A stretch of DNA of 64,000 nt, from contig JBKAGE010000081.1 of assembly GCA_046290225.1 (NCBI GenBank), forward strand, positions 1 to 64,000. The letters are read 5' to 3'. Positions 29,791 to 39,898 of this stretch are shown here, piece by piece; position 1 is the first letter of the stretch, and every line of letters begins with the position of its first letter. Source of the stretch: Bradymonadia bacterium. Lineage in GTDB: Bacteria; Myxococcota_A; Bradymonadia; UBA7976; UBA1532. Under the pieces are notes generated by a model. The model ran no database searches and was not told the origin of the DNA. It saw only the letters and a program-made list of their open reading frames with translations. The translations under genes were made by a program, and so were the position numbers.

Positions 29791-29837
29791 ATTCAAGAGG
29801 ACCTCTCAGGGTTGGTCCAAACCGGAGGTCCTTGAAT
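29791..29837. promoter_or_regulatory. Long imperfect inverted repeat between the two regulator genes (operator or terminator)
   Basis: ATTCAAG(AG)GACCTC ... GAGGTCCTTGAAT with a 2-nt bulge. Confidence 0.4.
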
Positions 29838-29899
29838 CACAGAATGATTTTTTGAGGGGCAAGAAATGGCGGGGCGGGCACACCTGCATGAGCAGATGA

Positions 29900-30280
29900 T
29901 CAGGAGTTGGCGGCCCGAGCGGCCTCAGCGGCCTGAGTGTTGCCGATTTGCTGAACGGCGGTGCGCAGCTGGTCGACGGCGTTGAGCTCGGACTCGAGCA
30001 GCTTCACCCCATCGAGCATCCACTCGGCGATGCGGGGATCAGCAAGGCGGTAGAAGCGATGACGGCCGCTCTTGCGCTGAATCACGAGGCGACGGGCTCG
30101 GAGGAGGGCGAGGTGTTGAGACACCTGTGACTGGCTCACTCCGAGGAACCCCTGAAGCGTGCTCACATCCTGCTCACCGTCTCGGAGTGACTCGATGATT
30201 CGAATACGTTGCGGGTGGGCCAGGACGCCGAGCATGTCGGCGAGCTCACGTGCGATGAATTCCCATGCCATGGAGTGCAC
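29900..30280 (-). CDS. ArsR/SmtB family transcriptional regulator
   Basis: LAHPQRIRII, SQSQVSQHLALLR, GRHRFYRL. Confidence 0.9.
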   Translation of the reverse strand: MHSMAWEFIARELADMLGVLAHPQRIRIIESLRDGEQDVSTLQGFLGVSQSQVSQHLALLRARRLVIQRKSGRHRFYRLADPRIAEWMLDGVKLLESELNAVDQLRTAVQQIGNTQAAEAARAANS

Positions 30281-30459
30281 CTTCTCTTGCGATGACCTCC
30301 GCCAGTCTAACGGGGAGGTGATGGTTTGTCGAATGTTGTCTCAGCACCATGTAAGGATGTTTGACCGTATCCAGAGGTCGCCACAAAACTTCAAAAAGTG
30401 GCCTCATTGGACAGATAGAGCGCCATGAAGCGCATCTGGTTGCAAACATTTCGAGCCGT

Positions 30460-30560
30460 GCATACAGATATATTCGAGCGAGACACCCTACGTCTTGAGT
30501 TTTTTTGTTTATGGTTTGTTTATGGTTGCGTTCAGGTATACGCATCCAGATATGTCTATG
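30460..30560. promoter_or_regulatory. AT-rich promoter region with repeated motifs
   Basis: TGTTTATGGTT x2 (30506-30527); GCAT(A/C)CAGATAT at 30460 and 30542; imperfect palindrome CATCCAGATATGTCTATG at 30543-30560. Confidence 0.45.
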
Positions 30561-30613
30561 TTGTTGTTTGCAATGAGGAATGATGTCTTAAGAGAAGCTC
30601 TGTACAGGGTGGG

Positions 30614-32488
30614 TCAGGAGGCATTCCAGAGCCGAGCCCGGAGGCCTGACGCACGTTCGATGCCGCGCTTGATGCTCGCCCGGATCACCTCGGGTGGGGC
30701 AAAGAGGGTGACCTGTTTACGGGCGCGGGTCACCGCAGTGTAGAGCAGCTCACGGGTGAGGATGGGGCCGTCGATCTCGGGCAGCAGCAAGACGACGTGG
30801 TCGAACTCGCTGCCCTGACTCTTGTGCACGCTCATGGCGAACACCGTCTCGTGGGGCGGCAGGCGTGCAGGGGCAAAGGGGCGGGGGGCTTCCTCACCGG
30901 GGAACCACACCCTCAACGCGTCGTCATGATCCGCAGATGGCATGGCGACGCCGATGTCGCCATTGAACACGCGCTGTGTGTAGTCGTTGCGCGTGATCAT
31001 CACTGGCCGGCCATCGTACCAGCGACCCGACATGCGGATGCGCCCCTCTCGCATCAAGACCTGCTCCACCTGCCTGTTCACCGTCTCTACACCGCGATGC
31101 CCTTTGCGGTAGGCGCACAAGATGCGGAATCGGTCCAGAGCGGCCAGACGACTCACCGGATCAGTGGCGGCGAGGGCAGGGTCGAACTCTCGCAACACGG
31201 TCTCGGTGAGCTGTGGGCCGAGGCCAAAGCCCTCGTCGAGGGGGCGGAGAGTGACATCGGGGTGCTCCGGGTCGAGCAGGATCTCCAGGGCCCGCTGGTC
31301 ATCACCGGCGTTGATGGCCCTGGCCAGCGCACCGATGCCGCTGTCGTCGCCGAATCGCCAGCTGCGTTGCAGGTGCACGATGGCCCGGGCGATGGGGCTC
31401 TCGGCGGGTGCCTCACTGCCTGCTTCGGCGTCGCTCGCCTCAGGGGCGGTGCAGATGTCACCGAGGATGGCGCCTGCCTCCACCGAAGCCAGCTGGTCCT
31501 TGTCGCCGAGCAGGATCAGGCGTGCCCCGGTGGGCACAGCGCTCACGAGGCGAGCCATCAACGCGAGATCCACCATCGAGGCTTCGTCGACGAGCACGAC
31601 ATCGGTGGCCAGGGGGTTGCCTGCGTGGTGACGGAACCGTGTCCCCGTGGGGCCCAGCGGACCCAGCGTGCGGTGGATCGTCGCTGCCTCTTCGGGGATC
31701 AAGGCGATGACCTCCGGGGGCATGTCGAGGCGGGCCTTGGCCCCCTTGATCGAGTCCACCATCCGGGCGGCGGCCTTGCCTGTGGGCGCGAGCAGGTGAA
31801 TCCGGGGCACGGGCAGTCGATGAATGAGCGCACGCTGGATCAACAGGGCGAGGATCTTCACCACGGTGGAGGTCTTCCCCGTGCCCGGGCCGCCAGAGAT
31901 CACGCAGAAATGGCGGCTGAGGGTGCGGCGAGCGGCGATGCGCTGCCAGTCCTGTTCGCCGGGTGCCAGGGCCTCTGGCCTGGGGAACAGCCGGCCCAGG
32001 CCTGCCTCGAGTACAGGGTCGTCCGTGGGCTCGTGGTGAGCTGCCCGGGCGAGCAGGGTCTCGGCGAGGCGCTCCTGGTGGTCGTAGTAACGCCGCAGGT
32101 AGAGCCGGTGGGCATTGTCGAGCACGAGGGGGGCGATCTCGGTGATGCCACCTTCATGGGTGTGGGTGGCCACCGATGAGGTGTCGACGAGCGGGCTCGC
32201 CACGAGGGCGGCGAGCCACGTGTCGAGATCGGGCCACGCGTAGTCGGGGAGTGGATCGGCCTCGCCGATGGCCACTGTGTGCCCCGCCACCTGAGGCAGC
32301 TCGAGGCACACGTGCCCATGGCGGGTCTGTCGACTCACCAGCGCTGCGGCGAGGGCCACGGGATCGTCCGGCGCCTCGGAGATGGCCTTGGGGGCGATGT
32401 GGTGCAAGCTCCGGGCGAAGTGCAGATCGAGGGCGTCGAAGATCTCTGCCTCACCGAGCACGTCGAGGGTGGCGGGCTTGGGGCTCAC
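30614..32488 (-). CDS. recD: Exodeoxyribonuclease V alpha subunit
   Basis: ISGGPGTGKT, APTGKAAAR, TIHRTLG, VDEASMVD, GDKDQLASVEAG, AMSVHKSQGSEF, LYTAVTRA. Confidence 0.96.
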   Translation of the reverse strand: MSPKPATLDVLGEAEIFDALDLHFARSLHHIAPKAISEAPDDPVALAAALVSRQTRHGHVCLELPQVAGHTVAIGEADPLPDYAWPDLDTWLAALVASPLVDTSSVATHTHEGGITEIAPLVLDNAHRLYLRRYYDHQERLAETLLARAAHHEPTDDPVLEAGLGRLFPRPEALAPGEQDWQRIAARRTLSRHFCVISGGPGTGKTSTVVKILALLIQRALIHRLPVPRIHLLAPTGKAAARMVDSIKGAKARLDMPPEVIALIPEEAATIHRTLGPLGPTGTRFRHHAGNPLATDVVLVDEASMVDLALMARLVSAVPTGARLILLGDKDQLASVEAGAILGDICTAPEASDAEAGSEAPAESPIARAIVHLQRSWRFGDDSGIGALARAINAGDDQRALEILLDPEHPDVTLRPLDEGFGLGPQLTETVLREFDPALAATDPVSRLAALDRFRILCAYRKGHRGVETVNRQVEQVLMREGRIRMSGRWYDGRPVMITRNDYTQRVFNGDIGVAMPSADHDDALRVWFPGEEAPRPFAPARLPPHETVFAMSVHKSQGSEFDHVVLLLPEIDGPILTRELLYTAVTRARKQVTLFAPPEVIRASIKRGIERASGLRARLWNAS

Positions 32489-32489
32489 G

Positions 32490-35400
32490 TCAGGCTCCCG
32501 TGGGGGTCAGTTGATGGATCGAAGGGTCTGCGAGGGTGGCGGAGAGGGTCTCGATGAGTCGCCGTGGCGGACGATCGGCGAAGACGCCGTGGGTGTGCCC
32601 CGAGTCGGGGTGCATCCCCCGAATGAACAGGTAGTAGGCGCCGCCGAAGTGGGTGTCATAGTCGTAGTGATCGAGGCGCACCTTCAGGTGGCGATGCAGG
32701 GCCACGGCATAGAGGTGGTACTGCAGAAAATAGTCCCCCTCTATCATCGCCTCCACCATGTGCTCTTCGGTGTAATCCGAATAGGTCTCGCCGAGATGGT
32801 TCGACTTGTAGTCCACCACGTACCAGAGCCCGTCGTGCTCGAAGACGAGATCCATGAAGCCCTTCATGAAGCCCTCGAGGGGTACGAAGCGCATGGCCTC
32901 GAGGCGATCGATGTAGGCCGTGGGGACCTTCGACTCCGGCGCCGCCCGGAAGGCTGCGGCGAGGGCAGGCCCCGTGAGCCGGGCAGGCTCTGGTCCTGGC
33001 GCTGAGGGCGGGTGATGGGCCACGGGCAGCACGAAGGGCAGCTCGTCGAGGCGTTTGCTCTGGGGCAGCTGCCGCAGAGTGAGGGCCTCAGGGCCCGCGT
33101 GCAGGGGGGTATCGAGAGAGGCGGACAAGCCTTCAGCGACGATGGGGCCCCACTCGTCCTGATCGTAACCGAAGCGACGCAAGCGCTCCCGGGCGACGCG
33201 CTCGAGCTCCTCAGTGCCGGGGATCTGGAAGTCCGACAGCTCATAGATGGCGTGCAGCATGGTCCCTGGCCTGGCCCCCTTGGGGAAGTCGGCGAGGATC
33301 ACCCGAGGGCCCTCCGGGGCCTCTTCGGGGTTCAACACAGCGTGTACATCGAGTGCAGGGGCCTCAGGCTCGTCGTCGTGAATCGCCAGATCGACGTCGG
33401 CGACGGCGTGGGCGTCCGCAGAGACCACCAGCCCCGAGAAGCTGCTCATGCGCCAGAAGTTCTCTTCGATGCGATGGATGGGTCGGGCTCCGGTGAGCCC
33501 CGAGGACGCCCTCCGTGGCGCATACGGAGGCGCAGGGGTGAAGTTCAGGGCCCTGACTTCCACAGCGGGCAGCCCCACGTCGCCCTTCGACGCCTGTACG
33601 AGACGCTGCAGATCGCGGCGGATGCCGTCGTCGTCGAGGGCCTTGAAGCGGGCGCGGGTGGCCTGATTCACCGGGTGGTGCCCCATGCCGCTCGGGTTCA
33701 TCGGCGGCAGGGTGGCGGCGTCGTCAGGCTGGTGAATCAAATGGGCCAGAGGTGAGCCCTCGGCCCCCTCGAAGGCTCCCCAGATGAAGGTGCAGGCGTG
33801 CTGCGCCCGGGTGAGGGCCACATAGGCGAGGCGCAGGCTCTCGGCGTGGGCCTCCCAGCGCGCTTGTTGCAGATGCACCTCGTGGTCGCTCGAGCCCAGA
33901 TCGAGCTTCAGTTTGTGCCCGTCACGCGGATCGTGGAACCGCAGCCAGGTTTGATCAGCGGCGAAGAGGTCGCTGCCGTCCCACAGGTAGGGGCAGTACA
34001 CGATGGGGTACTCGAGGCCCTTGCTCTTGTGCATCGTCAGGATGCGCACAGCTTTGGTATCGCTCTCGAGGCGCAGCTGCGTGCTCTCCGGAGGCAACCC
34101 TGCCCGGGCGGGGCCTACGGCCCGTACATCCGAGAGCCAGTAGATGAGGCCGGTCATGCCCAGGCGCTGCTCCGTAGAGACCTTGTGCAGCAGCTCGGCG
34201 AGGTGCAGGTAGTTCGTCAGGCGGCGCTCGCCGTCCACCCAGGCCAGCAGACGGCGCTGAACACCGAGCGTGTCCATCATGCGGCGAAAGGCCTGGATGA
34301 AGCCGGCGTCGCGCCAGATCTCGTGCCACGCCTGAAAGCGCTCCAGCCACTCGTCCCACTGCCCCTCGCCCTCAGGGCCCGAGAGCGCCAGCAGATCTCC
34401 GGCGTCGAGGCCCACCAGGGGGGTGGTGAGGGCCACCTTCACCCGGTTGGCGTGGCCCGGATCTGCCAGAGCCTGCATGACCCGGCTCAGCTCCTCAGCT
34501 TCTGGCGTCTCCAGCACGCTGGCCTCACCCTGCAGCACGCTGGGGATGCTCAGCGCCCGCAGGGCCTTTTGAATCTGCGTGCCCTGAACGTTCTTGCGGA
34601 CCAGCACCGCCACGTCGCCGGGCTCCACCGGCTCTTCGTCGCCGTTCTTCTTCTTGAGCGTAGCCTTGCCGTTGAGCAGGCGGGCGATCTCCGAGGCCAC
34701 GACATCGGGGATGCGCTCCTCGGCCCAGCCTCGCTTGATGGGCTTCTCTTCAGGGAGCGGATCTTTACGCTCGAGGAACAACACCCTCAGGGGTGGCCGC
34801 TCGGCCTGGTCGCCGCCGAGGCGATCGAACGCTCGGGGGCTGTGCTTCACCGGGGTGAAGTCGATCTTCGGGGTGAGGAACGGATCGACGGCGAGGCCAA
34901 AGAGGGCGTTGAGCCCACGGATCAGCGTCGGATCGGAGCGCCAGTTGGTGGCCAGGGTGTAGCCCTCGCCCTCAGCATCGTCCACGGCCTCCAAGTAGGC
35001 GAAGATGTCAGCGCCGCGGAAGGCGTAGATGGCCTGCTTTGGATCCCCGATCATGAACATGGGGATCTCGGCGTCGTGGAACAGCGTGCGGAAGATGTTG
35101 TACTGCGTCGGATCTGTGTCCTGGAACTCGTCGATGAGGGCCACCTTGTAGCGGCCCTGGATCGCCCGGGCGAGGGCATGACGCCCCTGAGACTTCTCCC
35201 GCATCAGAGCGTCTTCGAGCTGTTGGAGCAGATCGTCGAAGGACTGCGTGTGGTGCACGTGCTGGCGGCGCTTGAGCTCCCGCACGGTGTAGTCCCGCAG
35301 GTCGAGCTTGAACTGCAGCAGCCTGATCTCGAGGGCCTCGCGCAGGGCCTCACCGGCCTTCAGCAGATCAGCGCAGGCATCGAAGAAGGCGTGGGTGGGG

Positions 35401-36302
35401 GTGGTCTTCTTGGCCTTGGTGCAGCTGGTCAGCTCGTCGGGCGTGAACCGCGAGAACCGGTCGAAGAGGCTCGGCGTCGGCGGTGGCGCTCCGAAGAGCA
35501 GGGCGTCCATGGCCACGAGCCATTTGGCCACATAGTCTTTGCGGTACTGCGTACCCTTGAGATCTCCAGCGGTGAGCAGGGCCTCCACCTGGTCTCGGGT
35601 GCCGTCGGCCTGCCAGAGCTTCGAAGCGTTGTGCCACGCCGCGCGCCACTCGGTCACCGCCACCTCGTGGGTGTCGTCCGGCGGGGTGTGGGCGGGCAGC
35701 ACCGGCATCTTGGGCTTGCCCGCCACCCGGGCCACGAGGCCTTGCAGAGTCCGCGGAGTCATACGCTGCTGCTGCAGGTAGCGCACGAAACCCGGGGGGG
35801 CCTGATAGGTGGCCCGAGCCCAGAAGTCGTGCACGATCTCCTCGAAGATGGGGCGCTGATCCTGAACCAGCTCGGCGTTGAACATCACCCCGGACTCGAA
35901 GGCGTTCTCCTGCAACATGCGCTGGCAGAAGCCGTGGATCGTGAAGACCGCCGCTTCGTCGAAGCGTCGCAGTGCGTCACCGAGTCGCAGGGCGTCGGCT
36001 TCGCGGTCGACGCTGGCCTTCGCCAGGGCCACCAGATCGGGGTCGAGATCGTCGTCATCCAGGTCATGGCGCTCGAAGATGCCCAGGCAGTCACCGAGCC
36101 GGCTGCGGATGCGATCGCGCAGCTCCGCCGTCGCTGCTCGAGAGAAGGTCACCACCAGTACTTGCTCCACGGGCAGCTGCTTTTCGAGCAGGATGCGCAG
36201 GAACAAGTTGGTCATGGTGTAGGTCTTGCCAGTGCCGGCGCTCGCCTGGATCACGTGGGTGCCGTCGAGCTGCACCGTCATCAGTTCGAGAGGTGTAGCC
36301 AT
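32490..36302 (-). CDS. recB: Exodeoxyribonuclease V beta subunit
   Basis: ASAGTGKT, TIHGFC, IDEFQDT, GDPKQAIYAFRGAD, HKSKGLE, YVALTRA, nuclease GFMDLV..VDYKSN, LQYHLY. Confidence 0.96.
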   Translation of the reverse strand: MATPLELMTVQLDGTHVIQASAGTGKTYTMTNLFLRILLEKQLPVEQVLVVTFSRAATAELRDRIRSRLGDCLGIFERHDLDDDDLDPDLVALAKASVDREADALRLGDALRRFDEAAVFTIHGFCQRMLQENAFESGVMFNAELVQDQRPIFEEIVHDFWARATYQAPPGFVRYLQQQRMTPRTLQGLVARVAGKPKMPVLPAHTPPDDTHEVAVTEWRAAWHNASKLWQADGTRDQVEALLTAGDLKGTQYRKDYVAKWLVAMDALLFGAPPPTPSLFDRFSRFTPDELTSCTKAKKTTPTHAFFDACADLLKAGEALREALEIRLLQFKLDLRDYTVRELKRRQHVHHTQSFDDLLQQLEDALMREKSQGRHALARAIQGRYKVALIDEFQDTDPTQYNIFRTLFHDAEIPMFMIGDPKQAIYAFRGADIFAYLEAVDDAEGEGYTLATNWRSDPTLIRGLNALFGLAVDPFLTPKIDFTPVKHSPRAFDRLGGDQAERPPLRVLFLERKDPLPEEKPIKRGWAEERIPDVVASEIARLLNGKATLKKKNGDEEPVEPGDVAVLVRKNVQGTQIQKALRALSIPSVLQGEASVLETPEAEELSRVMQALADPGHANRVKVALTTPLVGLDAGDLLALSGPEGEGQWDEWLERFQAWHEIWRDAGFIQAFRRMMDTLGVQRRLLAWVDGERRLTNYLHLAELLHKVSTEQRLGMTGLIYWLSDVRAVGPARAGLPPESTQLRLESDTKAVRILTMHKSKGLEYPIVYCPYLWDGSDLFAADQTWLRFHDPRDGHKLKLDLGSSDHEVHLQQARWEAHAESLRLAYVALTRAQHACTFIWGAFEGAEGSPLAHLIHQPDDAATLPPMNPSGMGHHPVNQATRARFKALDDDGIRRDLQRLVQASKGDVGLPAVEVRALNFTPAPPYAPRRASSGLTGARPIHRIEENFWRMSSFSGLVVSADAHAVADVDLAIHDDEPEAPALDVHAVLNPEEAPEGPRVILADFPKGARPGTMLHAIYELSDFQIPGTEELERVARERLRRFGYDQDEWGPIVAEGLSASLDTPLHAGPEALTLRQLPQSKRLDELPFVLPVAHHPPSAPGPEPARLTGPALAAAFRAAPESKVPTAYIDRLEAMRFVPLEGFMKGFMDLVFEHDGLWYVVDYKSNHLGETYSDYTEEHMVEAMIEGDYFLQYHLYAVALHRHLKVRLDHYDYDTHFGGAYYLFIRGMHPDSGHTHGVFADRPPRRLIETLSATLADPSIHQLTPTGA

Positions 36303-39300
36303 CAGCGGACCTCCCGATGGGCCAGCAGGGGCGACCAGACCTGGAGCGACAAGTCAGAGAAGCTCGGATCCTGCTCGCCAGGGTACAGCTTCACCCCAGG
36401 GCGGAGCGGATCCGAAGTGCCGAGGATCAGCTGGAAGTGCACGTCGTCGGCCTCTCCTGATCGGAATCGATCGAACATCATCTTGCGTGCCCCACCGAGG
36501 GCGGTGTCGTGGGCCTCGTCATCAGTGGCCCCTTTGGCTTTCTTCTTCAGGAAGCTCTCGGCGTAGGCGAGCCCCGAGCGGGGGAACAGCCGCAGCGGTC
36601 GGGTGAGCCCCAACCGATACAGCCTCAACAGGTCAGCAAGGCAGGCCCAGGAGTCTTCGACAGCGCTGAAGGCCACTGTAGAGGCCTGACCGCCGCTCAG
36701 CCCGATGAGAGCCGTCTCTCGGGGGCGGTTCTCTGGGGCGGCGCAGCTGTAGACCACATGGCGGACCCACTGGCTGAGCTGGTGTCTGGCGCTGGGGCGA
36801 CCAAAGCGTGCCTTTGCCTGACCTTTGGGCCACTGGTCCGGCAGCATGCCCACGAGGCGGGCCTCAGCCCCGGCGCCGAGATTGAGGCGCAGATCCACGG
36901 GCAGATCATCGAGAGGGTCAGCCCCGCCCACGTAAGGGGCTGCGGCCCGAGCTACAGAGAGCACTTCGGGCACCAGGCGCTCGTAGGCCAGATGGCCCAC
37001 GGTGCCGAGGGGAAGCGCGCCGCTCCCTTGCATGGCGTCTCGCAAGGCGGAGAGATCCTGCCCGGCGAGAGCGGCGTCGAGCAATCGCGTGCCCAGCTGA
37101 TATCGGGCCAGGGCACGGATCTCCATGGGCTCGCGATCTTCGAGAGCGTCTTCTCGACCCCGCACGTTGATGTCGAGCCGGCGCCGGGCGAGGGTGCGCA
37201 AGGGTTGAGCGAAGAAGCTGGTGAGATCGTCGAGGCTGACCTCGAGCACCGGCACCTCGGCTGGGGTCGAGCCCCCAATCGCGCCTCCGGGGAGTGGCTC
37301 CTCCGCACGTACGAGGAGCCCGGGCACGAAGGGCGGTGGCGGCACACGCGGGCCCCGAACGTGTCGGGCACCGGCGGCGTCGGCAGCGCGATAGCTGAAC
37401 ATGCGCGGATCGTCGGCCTCGGCGCCGAAATACCTGGGGCTGAAGGGCTGCAGCGGGTGCCGCACCACCACCCGGCCACGGATCGCCTCGCGGGCCTGCT
37501 CCGCCTGCAGCGCGTTGCGCAGACCCTCGGTGGTCACGCCAGGGGGATCAAAAGACTCGCCGAGGGTGTCGAGCAGCTCGTTGATGACCGGCGAGGGTGG
37601 CCGCTCGGTGTTGTCCTGGATACTGCGCCCCGTGTAGGTGATCACCAGCCGACGTCGGGCGCAGGTGAGGGCCTGCAAGAAGGCGTACCGGTCCGAATCT
37701 CGGAGCGTGCGATCGCCGAGGCGGGCCTTCCAGGCGATGCGATCGAAGTTCAGGGTGCGCTTCATCCGGGGCCACGCGTCGTCGTTCATGCCCATGACGC
37801 AGACCACTTCGAAGGGCACACAGCGCAATGGCCCCAGGGCGCAGAAGGTGATGCCCGACTGGCGGTATCCGAAGGCCTCGCGCCCTTCGGAAAACTCGGC
37901 GTTGAGCCGTGCCTGGATCACCTCGAGAGGCACCGGCTGCTCGAAGCCCGCCAGCACCGCCTCCTCACCCATATCGAGGATGATGTGGCGGACCACCTGG
38001 CGCTGCCAGTCGTTCTTGTGGGGGTGGCCGATCATGCGTTCCACGAGATCGGCGAGGTAGTCGGACCACTGGGCCGGTGACCGTAGGGCGTCGAGATCGC
38101 TCTTCAGGGTGAACAGACTCTCGCAGAAGTCGGCGAACCGGCCCAGCAGAGCGGCGTCTGCCCCTTCCATGTCGTCGAAGGGCAGCACCCCGGAGAACAT
38201 GGCCCCGCGATCCTCGCCAGCCATGGCGTAGCCCAGCAACAAACGATTGAGGCCGAAGCGCCAGGTGTTCTCATCGAAGCGGGGCTGCCCCTGCTCCACC
38301 CGGTGGTCGCCGTTGATGCCCCATCTGATCCCCGCCTCGGCCACCCAGGTGCGCAGGCGATCCATGTCCTCGCCGCCGATCATGAACCGGGTGCGGATCG
38401 GCTCGATGCTCAGCAAGTCGAGCACATCGCTCGCCGCCATGCGGCTGCGCAGCGTGTCGATGATGGCCGAGAAGGCGTCGACGGCCTTGTTCGCCGAGCG
38501 GAAGCTGCGATCGGTGATCTTGTAGGGCAGGTGTCCGGGTGTGCCTGGCGCCCCTGCGCCGCCGAATACGGCCTCGATGAACGGCGCGTATGTCTCTACA
38601 TCGGGCATCATCACCACGATGTCTCTGGGGGCGAGGCTGGGATCCTGTTCGAGGGCGAAGAGGATCTGATCCCGCACTGCCTCGACCTCGCGCATGGCGC
38701 TGTGGCACGCGTGCACGCCGACGCTGACGTCGCCTTCGGTGAAGGGCAGGGGGGTGGGGCCGGTATCCTCGGTGTCACGAGGGCGGCGGCGGGCGAGGTG
38801 CAGGATGTCGGACTGCAATACCCCGAGAAGGGAGTCGCCGAGCGTGCCCAGCTGCGGATCGACGTAGAGCGAGTCGTCGTCTTCTTCGTAGTCCGGGGCG
38901 ATCTCTTCCAGGGTGCCCTGGAAGTCGCGGCCGAGGCGGCCGAGGGCGGCGAGCATGCGGGGGCCGTCGGTGAACAGGCTCTCGTCGAGGCTCACCGAAA
39001 CCTCAACCTCGGGATCTCGTACCCGGCGGGCCCGCTCCGATCGCAGATCTGCCCAGTACTCCTGGCTGGGGCTGAGCACGAACAGATGCAACTCGGTGAG
39101 CCCGTCGATGGCCTTGAGCATCGACAAAAAGAGCGGGGGCATGGCGCTGATGCCGAAGACGCACACGCGATCGGGCAGCCGGTCGGGCCGCGGGCGCTCG
39201 CCGGCGGCGATGGCCTCTGCGGCCTGGGCGAAGGCTCGAGCCTGGGCGGCGAGGTGCACGCTGCCATGGCGGGCTACCAGCGCCCGCCACAAGATCGCCT

Positions 39301-39766
39301 GCCAGTCTTCCTCGTCTTCACCGGCCTCCCAGTCGAGCATCATCTGGGGCCGGAACACGAGGTAGCTGTAGAAGGTGTCCGCCACCTGAGCGGAGATCTG
39401 GGCCTGCTTGATGCCCAGCGGATCGTCTCGCAGATAGTTGTTGAGCACTGCAAAGGGGGCCGTGGCCCGCAGATCGGGCAGCAAGGCCGAGATCGACCAC
39501 TGCATCACCCGCTGCGTGAAGGGATTGTGCTCGTCGAGATCGAGCACGATGGCGAAGAGCTCTTTGATCAGGTGCCCGAAGAAGGGGAACCTCGGGTTGG
39601 CCCAGACCCCGAGGCGGTGGGCCAGCTCCATGGAGAGCCAGTGCTCCAAACCTCGGCTTTCCACGGCGATCAGCTCTGGGAGGAACGGATCACCTTGAGG
39701 GCGCGCCACCACCTTGACCAGGGCGTCGAGGAGGGGCTCCATCTGATTGCTGCGGTGCACGTACAT
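36302..39766 (-). CDS. recC: Exodeoxyribonuclease V gamma subunit
   Basis: HRSN.ME.L, VFGISAMP, CHS.MREVE, DIVVMMPD, NTWRFGLNRLLLG, HPLQPFS. Confidence 0.95.
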   Translation of the reverse strand: MYVHRSNQMEPLLDALVKVVARPQGDPFLPELIAVESRGLEHWLSMELAHRLGVWANPRFPFFGHLIKELFAIVLDLDEHNPFTQRVMQWSISALLPDLRATAPFAVLNNYLRDDPLGIKQAQISAQVADTFYSYLVFRPQMMLDWEAGEDEEDWQAILWRALVARHGSVHLAAQARAFAQAAEAIAAGERPRPDRLPDRVCVFGISAMPPLFLSMLKAIDGLTELHLFVLSPSQEYWADLRSERARRVRDPEVEVSVSLDESLFTDGPRMLAALGRLGRDFQGTLEEIAPDYEEDDDSLYVDPQLGTLGDSLLGVLQSDILHLARRRPRDTEDTGPTPLPFTEGDVSVGVHACHSAMREVEAVRDQILFALEQDPSLAPRDIVVMMPDVETYAPFIEAVFGGAGAPGTPGHLPYKITDRSFRSANKAVDAFSAIIDTLRSRMAASDVLDLLSIEPIRTRFMIGGEDMDRLRTWVAEAGIRWGINGDHRVEQGQPRFDENTWRFGLNRLLLGYAMAGEDRGAMFSGVLPFDDMEGADAALLGRFADFCESLFTLKSDLDALRSPAQWSDYLADLVERMIGHPHKNDWQRQVVRHIILDMGEEAVLAGFEQPVPLEVIQARLNAEFSEGREAFGYRQSGITFCALGPLRCVPFEVVCVMGMNDDAWPRMKRTLNFDRIAWKARLGDRTLRDSDRYAFLQALTCARRRLVITYTGRSIQDNTERPPSPVINELLDTLGESFDPPGVTTEGLRNALQAEQAREAIRGRVVVRHPLQPFSPRYFGAEADDPRMFSYRAADAAGARHVRGPRVPPPPFVPGLLVRAEEPLPGGAIGGSTPAEVPVLEVSLDDLTSFFAQPLRTLARRRLDINVRGREDALEDREPMEIRALARYQLGTRLLDAALAGQDLSALRDAMQGSGALPLGTVGHLAYERLVPEVLSVARAAAPYVGGADPLDDLPVDLRLNLGAGAEARLVGMLPDQWPKGQAKARFGRPSARHQLSQWVRHVVYSCAAPENRPRETALIGLSGGQASTVAFSAVEDSWACLADLLRLYRLGLTRPLRLFPRSGLAYAESFLKKKAKGATDDEAHDTALGGARKMMFDRFRSGEADDVHFQLILGTSDPLRPGVKLYPGEQDPSFSDLSLQVWSPLLAHREVR

Positions 39767-39898
39767 GGCTGCACTATAGGCCGGCCACTCCCCGTGGGCG
39801 AGTCCTTGATGCCACAGCCCTCATCCCCGCCAGGGCTGCCGCCGAATCATGAAGAGGTCGTCACCGGAACCCCCCACCTCTCGCCCCGAAGAAATGCA

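Noticed and set aside
33798..36566. 922-aa + strand ORF, and similar long ORFs such as 20255-21904, 36509-38080 and 51667-53667
   Set aside because: They lie antisense to well-supported genes and have no motifs; such shadow ORFs are expected with strong GC3 bias
38303..39898. 530-aa N-terminal extension of the HDOD ORF
   Set aside because: Antisense to recC; the recognisable protein begins near 39899
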